A stretch of 60,630 nt of DNA, counting the filler. It is 4 parts of 4 records of this genome, joined end to end, with 100 filler letters (N's around TTAATTAATTAA, not from the genome) between each part and the next. Parts side by side here need not be neighbours in the genome. Positions count along the whole stretch, not along the records: positions 50,936 to 60,630 come from SRR20825006_1393; 3 more parts are not named here. One strand, given 5' to 3'. The translations under genes were made by a program, and so were the position numbers. The notes beneath the pieces were generated by a model. The model was not told where the DNA came from. It saw only the letters and a list, made by a program, of their open reading frames with translations, and made no database searches. Positions 52,392-60,630 of this stretch are shown here, in pieces (positions within the stretch are counted from its first letter, which is position 1; every line of letters starts with the position of its first letter).

Positions 52392-53801
52392 ATGAAAATG
52401 TTGAATATGTTTAAGGCAGCCCTTTTGGGGTGTGCTGTTATCGGAGCAATGCCCCAAGGGGCTTTTGCTGACAAACTTCGTGTCATGACCGGCTCTCCCT
52501 CGGGCGTCCTAAACGTGCCCATGAACCGCGCGGTCGTGGTCGAAAGTGACGAACCTTTCGCGGAAATTTCTGTGGCCAATGCCGAAATCGCGGATATCTC
52601 GACCCTCTCGGATCGCTCGATCTATGTGTTGGGCCGGTCTCCGGGGTTGACGACCATGACGCTTTTGGGCCCGGACGGATCGCTGATCACCAACGTGCAA
52701 ATTCAGGTGACCCCCGATGTCACCGAATTCAAAGAGCGCCTGCGTCAGATCATGCCGAATGAAAAGATCGAAGTGCGCACGGCCAATGACGGCATCGTTT
52801 TGTCGGGCGTGATCACCTCGGTGACAATGATGGAACGCGCGGTTGAGCTGGCCGAACGCTATGCGCCGGGCCGCGTGTCCAATCTGTTGAACATCGGCGG
52901 CACCCAACAGGTGATGTTGAAAGTGCGTTTTGCCGAAATGTCGCGCTCCGTGTCGAAAAATCTGTCCGCTTCGATCAATTCCATCGGCCCGAACATCGGC
53001 AGCAGCACAGGCACTTGGCTGAGTGCGGATAACACGCCGACCAAGATCACAGAGAACGGCGCAGTCATGGTCAAAGAAGGCACGCTTGGCGCGATGACCA
53101 TCGGCGGCTCAATTGGTGGAACGGAATTGTCGATCCTGCTGGAAGCCATGGAAGAAAAAGGCGTCGTGCGCACCTTGGCCGAGCCCAACCTGACCGCGCT
53201 TTCGGGTCAACAGGCCAAATTTCTGGCCGGTGGCGAATATCCGATCCCGGTGTCGGACAATGACGGCATCTACATCGACTACAAACCCTTTGGTGTTGAA
53301 CTTGAATTCATCCCCCGGGTGGTCAATGGCGATCAGATCAACCTTGAAATGCGCGCCGCCGTGTCGGGTGTGGACTCCACCGTCAACTATTCGGTCGATG
53401 GCTTTACCCTCAACTCCTTCAAACGCCGCGAAACCTCAACAACGGTTGAGCTGCGCGACGGGCAAAGCTTTGCCATCGCAGGCCTGTTGCAAGACGATTT
53501 CGAAGATCTCGTCGGTCAGGTGCCATGGCTGGGCGACATTCCGGTTTTGGGCGCGCTGTTCCGCTCGACCGATTATTCGCGCCGTCAGTCTGAATTGGTG
53601 ATCATCGTCACCGCCCATCTGGTCACCCCCGTCAACAGCATGGCCCTCGCGCTTCCGACGGATCGGGTCAAAATCCCGACCGAGAGCGACTTGTTCCTGT
53701 TTGGCAAAACCTTCGGCGGCACCTCGGCTCCCAAATCCGGCGCCGCTGCTGAAGTGGCGAAACAGGACTTCTCCGGGTCCTACGGCTATGTGATGGAGTA
53801 A
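52392..53801 (+). CDS. cpaC: Tad secretin CpaC/RcpA
   Basis: QQVMLKVRFAEM, LAEPNLTALSG, FLAGGEYP, VPWLGDIPVLGALFRS, ELVIIVT. Confidence 0.92.
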   Translation: MKMLNMFKAALLGCAVIGAMPQGAFADKLRVMTGSPSGVLNVPMNRAVVVESDEPFAEISVANAEIADISTLSDRSIYVLGRSPGLTTMTLLGPDGSLITNVQIQVTPDVTEFKERLRQIMPNEKIEVRTANDGIVLSGVITSVTMMERAVELAERYAPGRVSNLLNIGGTQQVMLKVRFAEMSRSVSKNLSASINSIGPNIGSSTGTWLSADNTPTKITENGAVMVKEGTLGAMTIGGSIGGTELSILLEAMEEKGVVRTLAEPNLTALSGQQAKFLAGGEYPIPVSDNDGIYIDYKPFGVELEFIPRVVNGDQINLEMRAAVSGVDSTVNYSVDGFTLNSFKRRETSTTVELRDGQSFAIAGLLQDDFEDLVGQVPWLGDIPVLGALFRSTDYSRRQSELVIIVTAHLVTPVNSMALALPTDRVKIPTESDLFLFGKTFGGTSAPKSGAAAEVAKQDFSGSYGYVME

Positions 53802-53805
53802 GAAC

Positions 53806-54471
53806 ATGCGCTCGACTGTAAAACTGACACTCGCGGGTTCTGCCCTTCTCGCCTTTGCTGCCTGTACCGATCAAAAAGTCTTTTCCTCTTGGTATCAAGA
53901 GGCCGGCGGCTACGTCGACAACGGCACCTTTGGCAATTCGACCATGAACAACACGCTCGTGCAAACTGGGCAACTCAGCTACGTGATTGATTTGAATGAA
54001 CGCTTTGCCGCCGAAGTGCCGACAACCGTGAATTTCGAATTCAACTCGGCGATCTTGGACGGGGCGGCGCGCGATGCAATCCGCAAACAGGCGCGTTATA
54101 TGGCGCAATTCCCCGAAGTGCGCTTCCGCGTCTATGGTCACACCGATCTTGTTGGCTCTGACAGCTACAACAAATCCCTTGGCCTCAGACGCGCCAAGGC
54201 TGTGGTCGCGGAACTTGCCCGCAACGGCATTTCACGGTCGCGGCTTGAGGCGATGGTGTCTTACGGCGAAACCCAACCGCTGATCGTGACGCAGGACCCG
54301 GAGCGCAAGAACCGCCGCACCGTGACCGAAGTCTCTGGTTTTGTCGAAAACGCCAAACTGGTCATGGACAGCCGTTACGCCGAGATCATTCACCGCGAAT
54401 ATATAGAAAGCGCCACTGCACCGTCCGAACTGGTCGATTTTGGTGCGCGTGAAATCGACCCAGGTCAGTAA
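53806..54471 (+). CDS. OmpA-family lipoprotein of Tad cluster
   Basis: Lipobox FAAC, VNFEFNS, GHTD..GS..YN..L..RRA, GE..P, NRR. Confidence 0.88.
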   Translation: MRSTVKLTLAGSALLAFAACTDQKVFSSWYQEAGGYVDNGTFGNSTMNNTLVQTGQLSYVIDLNERFAAEVPTTVNFEFNSAILDGAARDAIRKQARYMAQFPEVRFRVYGHTDLVGSDSYNKSLGLRRAKAVVAELARNGISRSRLEAMVSYGETQPLIVTQDPERKNRRTVTEVSGFVENAKLVMDSRYAEIIHREYIESATAPSELVDFGAREIDPGQ

Positions 54472-54681
54472 GCAATCGGCAACATCGTCCCGAATTAGCG
54501 AATTATTACGCGATTTCGGCCCTATTGTTGCCCCAGTTGCCCGGCATCTTATCCTCAATGGGAGCAGTCTGTCCGACACGCGAGTCGGGCATACGCGCCA
54601 GAGGATCAGAGCCGGGCTTTTCATTTGAAAAGATCTCGTCTCATGTGACGCTGGCGTTCTATAAAAGGACGCATAAAAGCA

Positions 54682-55935
54682 ATGACGAGTGAAACTGCAT
54701 TGCACAACGACCCGGCCCCACTTGTGGCCTGTACCGTCAGCCGGGACGTGCAAAACTTCGATCTTTTGATCGAAGACATGGAAAGCGAACTGGGTGAATC
54801 CTGGGGCGATCTATCCTTTGAGGATGCCAGACAGTTTTTCCGCCAGCCAGAAAGCGGCGGGTTGAAATTTGTCGCCATCGCCCTTGATCAAGAGGACGAA
54901 GGCCTTTTGGCCATGATCGCCGACTTGATCAAATCTGCAAAGATTCAAGGTGTTAAGGTCATCCTGATCGCCGACGAAGTCTCGCCGATGGCGTTGCACC
55001 AATTGCTACAATTGGGGGCCGAAGATTTCATCCCCTACCCGCTTCCCGAAAATGCGCTTCACGATGCCATCCTGCGCCTTGATGCCCCGCGCAAGATCGC
55101 AGCCGTCGATTTTATCGACGCCACACACCCCGCCCCCGCCGCGCCAAAAGGCGCCAATGGCATTGTCCTGCCGGTGCAATCCGTAGCCGGGGGTGCCGGG
55201 GCCTCGACCATCGCCGTGAACCTCGCGTGGGAATTGGCGAATATCGAAAAGAAAGGCCCGCAACCGCGTGTGCTGTTGATGGATTTCAACCTGCAATACG
55301 GCTCGGTTTCGACCTACCTCGACCTGCCGCGCCGCGAGGCCGTGTATGAGTTGTTGTCTTCGACCGACATCATGGATGACGATGCCTTTAAGGGCGCGTT
55401 GATGAATTTCAACGACAAATTGTCGGTTCTGACCGCGCCACCGGAAATCCTGCCGCTCGATTTCATCGAGGCGCAGGATGTGGAACGGCTTCTGGCCAAG
55501 GCGCGAGCACTGTTTGATTATGTCGTGATCGACATGCCGACAGTGCTTGTGAGCTGGACCGAAACCGTGCTCAACGCCGCCGATTTTTACTTTGCGCCCT
55601 TTGAGTTGGACCTACGTTCGGCCCAAAACATTTTGCGCCTGCGTACCGCTTTGCGCGCCGAAGAATTGCCGTTTGAAAAACTGCGCTTCCTGCTCAATCG
55701 CGCGCCCAAAAGCATGGATTTGTCGGCCAAAGCCCGCACCAAACGCATGGCCGAGAATCTTGAGATTTCGGTGGATGTGCAATTCCCCGACGGCGGTCGC
55801 CCGGTGCGCGATTCCTGTGATCAGGGTCTGCCTTTGGGCATTGAAGCCACCAAGAACCCGCTGCGCAAAGAAATCCAAAAACTTGCCGCGTCCATTCACG
55901 CGCATCAAACCGAACAGCTTGAAGCTGCGGAATAA
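54682..55935 (+). CDS. cpaE: Pilus assembly protein CpaE/TadZ
   Basis: Receiver-like N-terminus, GGAGASTIAVNLAWE, DFNLQYG, DYVVIDMP. Confidence 0.88.
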   Translation: MTSETALHNDPAPLVACTVSRDVQNFDLLIEDMESELGESWGDLSFEDARQFFRQPESGGLKFVAIALDQEDEGLLAMIADLIKSAKIQGVKVILIADEVSPMALHQLLQLGAEDFIPYPLPENALHDAILRLDAPRKIAAVDFIDATHPAPAAPKGANGIVLPVQSVAGGAGASTIAVNLAWELANIEKKGPQPRVLLMDFNLQYGSVSTYLDLPRREAVYELLSSTDIMDDDAFKGALMNFNDKLSVLTAPPEILPLDFIEAQDVERLLAKARALFDYVVIDMPTVLVSWTETVLNAADFYFAPFELDLRSAQNILRLRTALRAEELPFEKLRFLLNRAPKSMDLSAKARTKRMAENLEISVDVQFPDGGRPVRDSCDQGLPLGIEATKNPLRKEIQKLAASIHAHQTEQLEAAE

Positions 55936-55970
55936 ATAATGCCCCTGCCGGGGCCTTGAGGAACGATCAG

Positions 55971-57440
55971 ATGTTTTCGAGATACAAAAAGTCCGAGACC
56001 CAAAAGGCCGAACCGGTTGCAAAATCGGCGGCTCAACCGAGCGCCGTCAAACCATCCGCTTCCGCACCCGCTGTGTCTGCGCCGCAAGCGGCCGTGGCCT
56101 CCAAGTCCCTGCGCCGCGAATCCACCCAAGCGGCACAGGTCGTGCCGCAGGACAAGGAACGCCGCCGCAAGGAACGTCTGAGCGACATCAAGGTCGAGAT
56201 GCACAAGCGCCTGTTGGAAGACCTCAACCTGGGCGCTTTGGAAACCGCGGGTGAAAAGGAACTTCGGGCGGAAATAACTGAAATCACTGCAGAGTTTTTG
56301 GCCGATCAGGGCTTGGTCCTGAACCGCGACGAACGCCTGACGCTGAACCAAGACCTCTATGACGAGGTGCGTGGCCTCGGCCCGCTTGAAACGCTTTTGA
56401 AAGACGACACGGTCAACGATATTCTGGTCAACGGCCCACAACAGATTTTCGTCGAGCGCAACGGCAAGCTGATGCTGTCGGACATCACGTTCAAAGACGA
56501 AAAACACCTGTTGCGGATCATCGACAAAATCGTCTCCGCCGTGGGGCGCCGGGTCGATGAATCCAACCCCTATGTTGACGCCCGTCTCGCAGATGGCTCA
56601 CGTTTCAACGCCATGGTGCCGCCCGTGGCCGTCGATGGCTCGCTCGTCTCCATTCGTAAGTTCAAAAAAGAAAAACTGGCGATTGACGATCTGGTGCGTT
56701 TTGGCGCTTTTACCGAAGAAATGGCCGCCTATCTTCAGGCCGCCGTCTCGACCCGCCTCAACGTCATCGTGTCGGGCGGGACGGGGTCAGGAAAAACCAC
56801 CACGCTCAACGCGCTTTCCTCATTCATTGACAATGACGAACGCATTCTGACGATCGAAGACACCGCCGAACTTCAACTGCAACAGACCCATGTGGGTCGG
56901 ATGGAAAGCCGACCGGCGAACGTCGAGGGCAAGGGTGCTGTGACCCAGCGCGACTGTTTGCGCAACGCTTTGCGGATGCGTCCGGATCGGATCATCGTCG
57001 GGGAAACCCGTGGCGAAGAGGTGATCGACATGTTGCAAGCAATGAACACCGGCCACGACGGCTCGATGACCACGATCCACGCCAACTCGGCGCGCGATGG
57101 TGTGTCGCGCCTGGAAAACATGATCGCCATGGCCGGGATCGAAATGCCGCTCAAGGCCGTGCGGTCGCAAATCTCCTCGGCTGTGAACCTGATCGTGCAA
57201 GCCTCGCGCCTACAAGACGGCTCGCGCCGCATGGTCTCGATCACCGAGATCACCGGGATGGAAGGCGATGTGATCTCCATGCAGGAGGTCTTCCGCTTTC
57301 AACGCACGGGCCTCACGCCAGACAATAAAATTATCGGCCATTTCACCGCGACGGGTGTGCGCAGCCACTTTTCCGAACGCTTCCGCATGTGGGGCTATGA
57401 CCTGCCGCATTCCATTTTTGAACCCACAACCCCCCGCTGA
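55971..57440 (+). CDS. cpaF: Tad secretion ATPase CpaF/TadA
   Basis: [36 protein letters not shown]. Confidence 0.95.
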   Translation: MFSRYKKSETQKAEPVAKSAAQPSAVKPSASAPAVSAPQAAVASKSLRRESTQAAQVVPQDKERRRKERLSDIKVEMHKRLLEDLNLGALETAGEKELRAEITEITAEFLADQGLVLNRDERLTLNQDLYDEVRGLGPLETLLKDDTVNDILVNGPQQIFVERNGKLMLSDITFKDEKHLLRIIDKIVSAVGRRVDESNPYVDARLADGSRFNAMVPPVAVDGSLVSIRKFKKEKLAIDDLVRFGAFTEEMAAYLQAAVSTRLNVIVSGGTGSGKTTTLNALSSFIDNDERILTIEDTAELQLQQTHVGRMESRPANVEGKGAVTQRDCLRNALRMRPDRIIVGETRGEEVIDMLQAMNTGHDGSMTTIHANSARDGVSRLENMIAMAGIEMPLKAVRSQISSAVNLIVQASRLQDGSRRMVSITEITGMEGDVISMQEVFRFQRTGLTPDNKIIGHFTATGVRSHFSERFRMWGYDLPHSIFEPTTPR

Positions 57441-57457
57441 TATAGGAGTTTGACACC

Positions 57458-58429
57458 ATGGTCCTGTCCATAGAACCGCTCATCTACGGCGTCATTTTCA
57501 TCGCCGTGCTCCTTTTGGTCGAGGGGATTTATCTGACGGTGTTCGGCAAATCCATTTCGCTGAATTCCAAAGTGAACCGCCGCTTTGAGCTTTTGGAAAA
57601 AGGCACGGGCGACCGCGAAGCAGTGCTCAATCAGCTGCGCAAAGAGATGGGTCAACACCTGCAATCGCGGCAAATCCCGCTCTATTCGATCCTGGCCGAA
57701 AAGGCCCAAAAGGCCAATATCGCCTTTTCGCCGCCGCAACTGATCATGCTCATGGGCTTTTTGGGCATGGTTGCCTTTGTCGGTCTCTCGATCGGCACCG
57801 CCACCTCCGTTCCAATCCGCGTGGCCGTGTCGGTTGCCATGGGCATCGGCGGCGTGTTCGTGTGGATTCAGGGCAAGGCCAAAAAGCGCCTTGCCATGAT
57901 CGAAGAGCAACTGCCCGATGCGGTGGAATTGATGGTGCGCTCCTTGCGTGTGGGTCACCCGTTTTCCAATGCTTTGACGATTGTTGCCAAAGAGGTCCCC
58001 GATCCTTTGGGCACCGAAATGGGCGTCATCGCGGACGAGAGCGCCTATGGTCGCGACGTCGGGGAAGCGCTCAAAGACATGGCCGAGCGGCTCGACATGC
58101 AGGATTTGCGCTTTTTGGCCGTGGCCGTGGCGATCCAACAGCAATCGGGCGGCAACTTGGCCGAGGTGCTTGAAGGCCTCTCGAAAGTGATCCGCTCGCG
58201 CTTCAAACTGTTCCGCCGGGTGAAAGCGATCACCGCCGAGGCGAAATGGTCGGGCAATTTCTTGTCAGCCTTCCCGGTCGGTGCGCTCATCCTCATCTCA
58301 GTGACCAAACCCACCTACTTTGACACCGTCAAAGACACTGCGGTCTTTATCCCCGCCTGTCTGATCGTCGCAGGCTTTCTCATCGCCAATCTTTTCGTCA
58401 TGCGTTCCCTTGTGAACATCAAGGTTTGA
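57458..58429 (+). CDS. tadB: TadB type II secretion F family protein
   Basis: QLPDAVELMVRSLRVGHP, QQQSGGNLAEVL. Confidence 0.9.
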   Translation: MVLSIEPLIYGVIFIAVLLLVEGIYLTVFGKSISLNSKVNRRFELLEKGTGDREAVLNQLRKEMGQHLQSRQIPLYSILAEKAQKANIAFSPPQLIMLMGFLGMVAFVGLSIGTATSVPIRVAVSVAMGIGGVFVWIQGKAKKRLAMIEEQLPDAVELMVRSLRVGHPFSNALTIVAKEVPDPLGTEMGVIADESAYGRDVGEALKDMAERLDMQDLRFLAVAVAIQQQSGGNLAEVLEGLSKVIRSRFKLFRRVKAITAEAKWSGNFLSAFPVGALILISVTKPTYFDTVKDTAVFIPACLIVAGFLIANLFVMRSLVNIKV

Positions 58430-58448
58430 CACCGACAGGACACAGATC

Positions 58449-59432
58449 ATGCAACAGATTTTCACATCCATCCTCGGCGATCAACTTGGCCCCTTTGGTC
58501 CGCTGATCCTGATCGGAACTTTGGGCGCCGTCCTGATTTTGATCGCCCTGCCAACGCTTTTGAAGAAAAAGAACGACCCGATGGATCGCCTGCGCGCACA
58601 ATCGGACGCGGCCAAACCCAATGGTGGCAAAAAGGCCGCCAAACTGCGCACAGACAATAGCAAGGGCGCCTCTCTGGCCAAATACTCTGCCTTTCTTGAG
58701 CCGCAAGACGAGGAAGAATATTCCGCCGCCCAACTGAAGATGATCCAGGCCGGCTATCGCTCCAAAAACGCTGTACGGATTTTTCACTTCTCGCAATTTG
58801 CCCTTGGTCTCGGCGCTTTGGCCTTTGGCGTGCTCTACGCCATGCTCAAGTCCACCCAACAGGAGATGACGCCGAAATCCCTGATCCTGACCGTACTTTT
58901 GCCCGCCTGTATCGGCTATATGGCACCGAAATATTGGGTCACCCGCCGGATCGAAGCGCGCAAAGAGGAAATCATCAACGGCTTTCCCGACGCGCTCGAT
59001 TTGATGCTGGTTTGCGTCGAAGCCGGGCAATCACTGGACCAATCCATCATCCGGGTGGCCCGTGAAATCCGCTCCGGCTTCCCTGCGCTTGCCGATGAAT
59101 TTGAAATCGTGTCCTATGAGATCAAGGCCGGTAAAGACAAATCCGTCGTGCTCAAAGACATGGCCGAACGCTGTGGTGTGGCCGATGTGGCCTCTTTCGT
59201 CACTGTCCTGATACAGTCGCAACAATTCGGCACCTCAATTGCCGATGCGCTTCGTGTTTATGCGGGTGAAATGCGCGATAAACGCGTGATGCGCGCCGAA
59301 GAGACTGCAAACAAGTTGCCTACCAAGATGACCCTTGCCACAATGATGTTGACCGTGCCACCGCTGTTGATCATTTTGATCGGCCCGTCGGTCTATGACA
59401 TCTACACGCTGCTCAACGAGACCGAATTCTGA
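58449..59432 (+). CDS. tadC: TadC type II secretion F family protein
   Basis: FPDALDLMLVCVEAGQSLD, FGTSIADALR, AEE.ANKLPTKM. Confidence 0.9.
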   Translation: MQQIFTSILGDQLGPFGPLILIGTLGAVLILIALPTLLKKKNDPMDRLRAQSDAAKPNGGKKAAKLRTDNSKGASLAKYSAFLEPQDEEEYSAAQLKMIQAGYRSKNAVRIFHFSQFALGLGALAFGVLYAMLKSTQQEMTPKSLILTVLLPACIGYMAPKYWVTRRIEARKEEIINGFPDALDLMLVCVEAGQSLDQSIIRVAREIRSGFPALADEFEIVSYEIKAGKDKSVVLKDMAERCGVADVASFVTVLIQSQQFGTSIADALRVYAGEMRDKRVMRAEETANKLPTKMTLATMMLTVPPLLIILIGPSVYDIYTLLNETEF

Positions 59433-59469
59433 TCTCGCCATAAAGCCGCCGCAACCGACAAGGGACACC

Positions 59470-60066
59470 ATGTCTCACCGCTTTTCGCGCCGCCCTCTTC
59501 GTCCAACGAGCACCGCGCTGACCCTCGCCCTTCTGGCCGCCACGCTGTCCGCGTGTGACACTGGCGGCCTGAAACCTTTGAAAGATGCCGGACCCTATGC
59601 CCCGGTCGGTGTCAAAACCTCTGAGGCGTCGGTTGATGGGCTTTTGGTCGGGCATCGTTTGATGGCGGCGGGCGAATATGAGCTGGCGCTCAAGGCCTAT
59701 TATCGCGCCGCCGCCCACCAAGGCATGACCGTCGATACGCTCTCCGCCATTGGCTCCGCTAAACTACGGCTGGGGCGTTTGGGGCAAGCCGAAAGCGATC
59801 TGCGCAAAGCCATCAAGATCGAAGACGACTTTGTGCCCGCCTGGAACAACCTCGGTGTCGTGTTGATGGAGACCGGCCAATATGGCGAAGCCGAGCGGGT
59901 GTTCCGCACCGCCTATGCGCTCGACAGTGGCCAATCTGCCGAAATTCGCGATAATTTACGCTTGGCGCTCGCAAAATTGGAAAATCCTGCGTATATTCCC
60001 GAGGATGAGAGCGATTTCGTCTTGGTGCGACGCGGGACAGGAGAGTATCTTATCCTTGCGCGCTAA
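59470..60066 (+). CDS. TPR lipoprotein (TadD-like)
   Basis: LSAC lipobox, AWNNLGVVL TPR motifs. Confidence 0.8.
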   Translation: MSHRFSRRPLRPTSTALTLALLAATLSACDTGGLKPLKDAGPYAPVGVKTSEASVDGLLVGHRLMAAGEYELALKAYYRAAAHQGMTVDTLSAIGSAKLRLGRLGQAESDLRKAIKIEDDFVPAWNNLGVVLMETGQYGEAERVFRTAYALDSGQSAEIRDNLRLALAKLENPAYIPEDESDFVLVRRGTGEYLILAR

Positions 60067-60153
60067 ACGGTGGGCCTGAGATCCGAAAACGGACCGGCCT
60101 GATAAAAACCGACAAGATGCGAACAGAGCAGTTAAAAAGAGGTGGCAGGCACC

Positions 60154-60630
60154 ATGACCAGTCTTTCCAGTCGCAAAATTTGCGTGATCACATTCGCTGT
60201 TGCGAGTACGCTGGCCCTTTCAGCCTGTCAAAAACCCTTTGGCGGGGATGTGCGACGCGCCGACACGTCGGTCAACGCGATTGATGGCACAGGCCTGTCC
60301 GACATCATGCTGAATGCGGCCGACCCGAACGAAGCCGTGTCCTATTTCATGCGCGCCTCAAGCGAAAATCCGGACCGGATTGATCTTCAGCGCGGCTTGG
60401 CCATGTCCTTTGTCCGGGCCGGTCAAAATGAGGCGGCGGTGAAAACTTGGAAAGTCGTGATAGCCCATGAAGACGCCACCTTGGATGACCGCGTGGATTA
60501 TGCCGACGCGCTGATCCGTACAGGGGACTGGAAAGGCGCCGAAGCACAGCTTGATAGCGTGCCGCCAACCCATGAGACCTATAAACGCTACCGCCTCGAA
60601 GCGATGGTGGCCGACAGCAATCAGGAATGG
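60154..60630 (+). CDS. TPR lipoprotein, 3'-truncated (not in ORF track)
   Basis: MTSLSSRKICVITFAVASTLALSACQ...DPNEAVSYF...RGLAMSFVRAGQ; open to window end. Confidence 0.75.
   Translation, partial: MTSLSSRKICVITFAVASTLALSACQKPFGGDVRRADTSVNAIDGTGLSDIMLNAADPNEAVSYFMRASSENPDRIDLQRGLAMSFVRAGQNEAAVKTWKVVIAHEDATLDDRVDYADALIRTGDWKGAEAQLDSVPPTHETYKRYRLEAMVADSNQEW

Noticed and set aside
50937-60630. Tad/Flp cluster as a novel system
   Set aside because: Gene order and content match the usual Rhodobacteraceae cpa/tad locus.

Overview
This window is an artificial concatenation of four unrelated contigs, joined by 100-nt N spacers that each contain TTAATTAATTAA. (1) 1-14421 is AT-rich and Bacteroidetes-like. 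It holds the tail of an extracellular contractile injection system (eCIS) locus (tape measure protein, AAA ATPase, DUF4157 protein, small candidate cargo), a B12-radical SAM gene, and a WYL regulator divergent from an RtcB + Zn-binding protein + two Pol-beta nucleotidyltransferase (RlaP-like) RNA-repair operon. (2) 14522-23750 is very GC-rich Rhizobiales-like housekeeping DNA (DUF2182, Ubi hydroxylase, AEC transporter, lipid A acyltransferase, CoA-ester lyase, hspQ, IalB, peptide SBP). (3) 23851-50835 is a Planctomycete glycan-utilisation region: five sulfatases, Gfo/Idh/MocA, DUF1080, DUF1552/DUF1592, BNR hydrolase, ECF/FecR, DUF1549-1553/DUF1501 and a CE15-GH10-SGNH fusion. (4) 50936-60630 is a Rhodobacteraceae-like Tad/Flp pilus cluster. 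The most notable signal is in contig 3: a 25-nt REP-like hairpin (GTACGATGGCCTTCCAAGGCCGTCG) occurs as six inverted doublets around a truncated RAYT-like transposase gene. Four of the doublets are translated in frame inside the DUF1552 and DUF1592 proteins, in different reading frames. Taxonomic and family calls come from motif recognition only; no searches were run.
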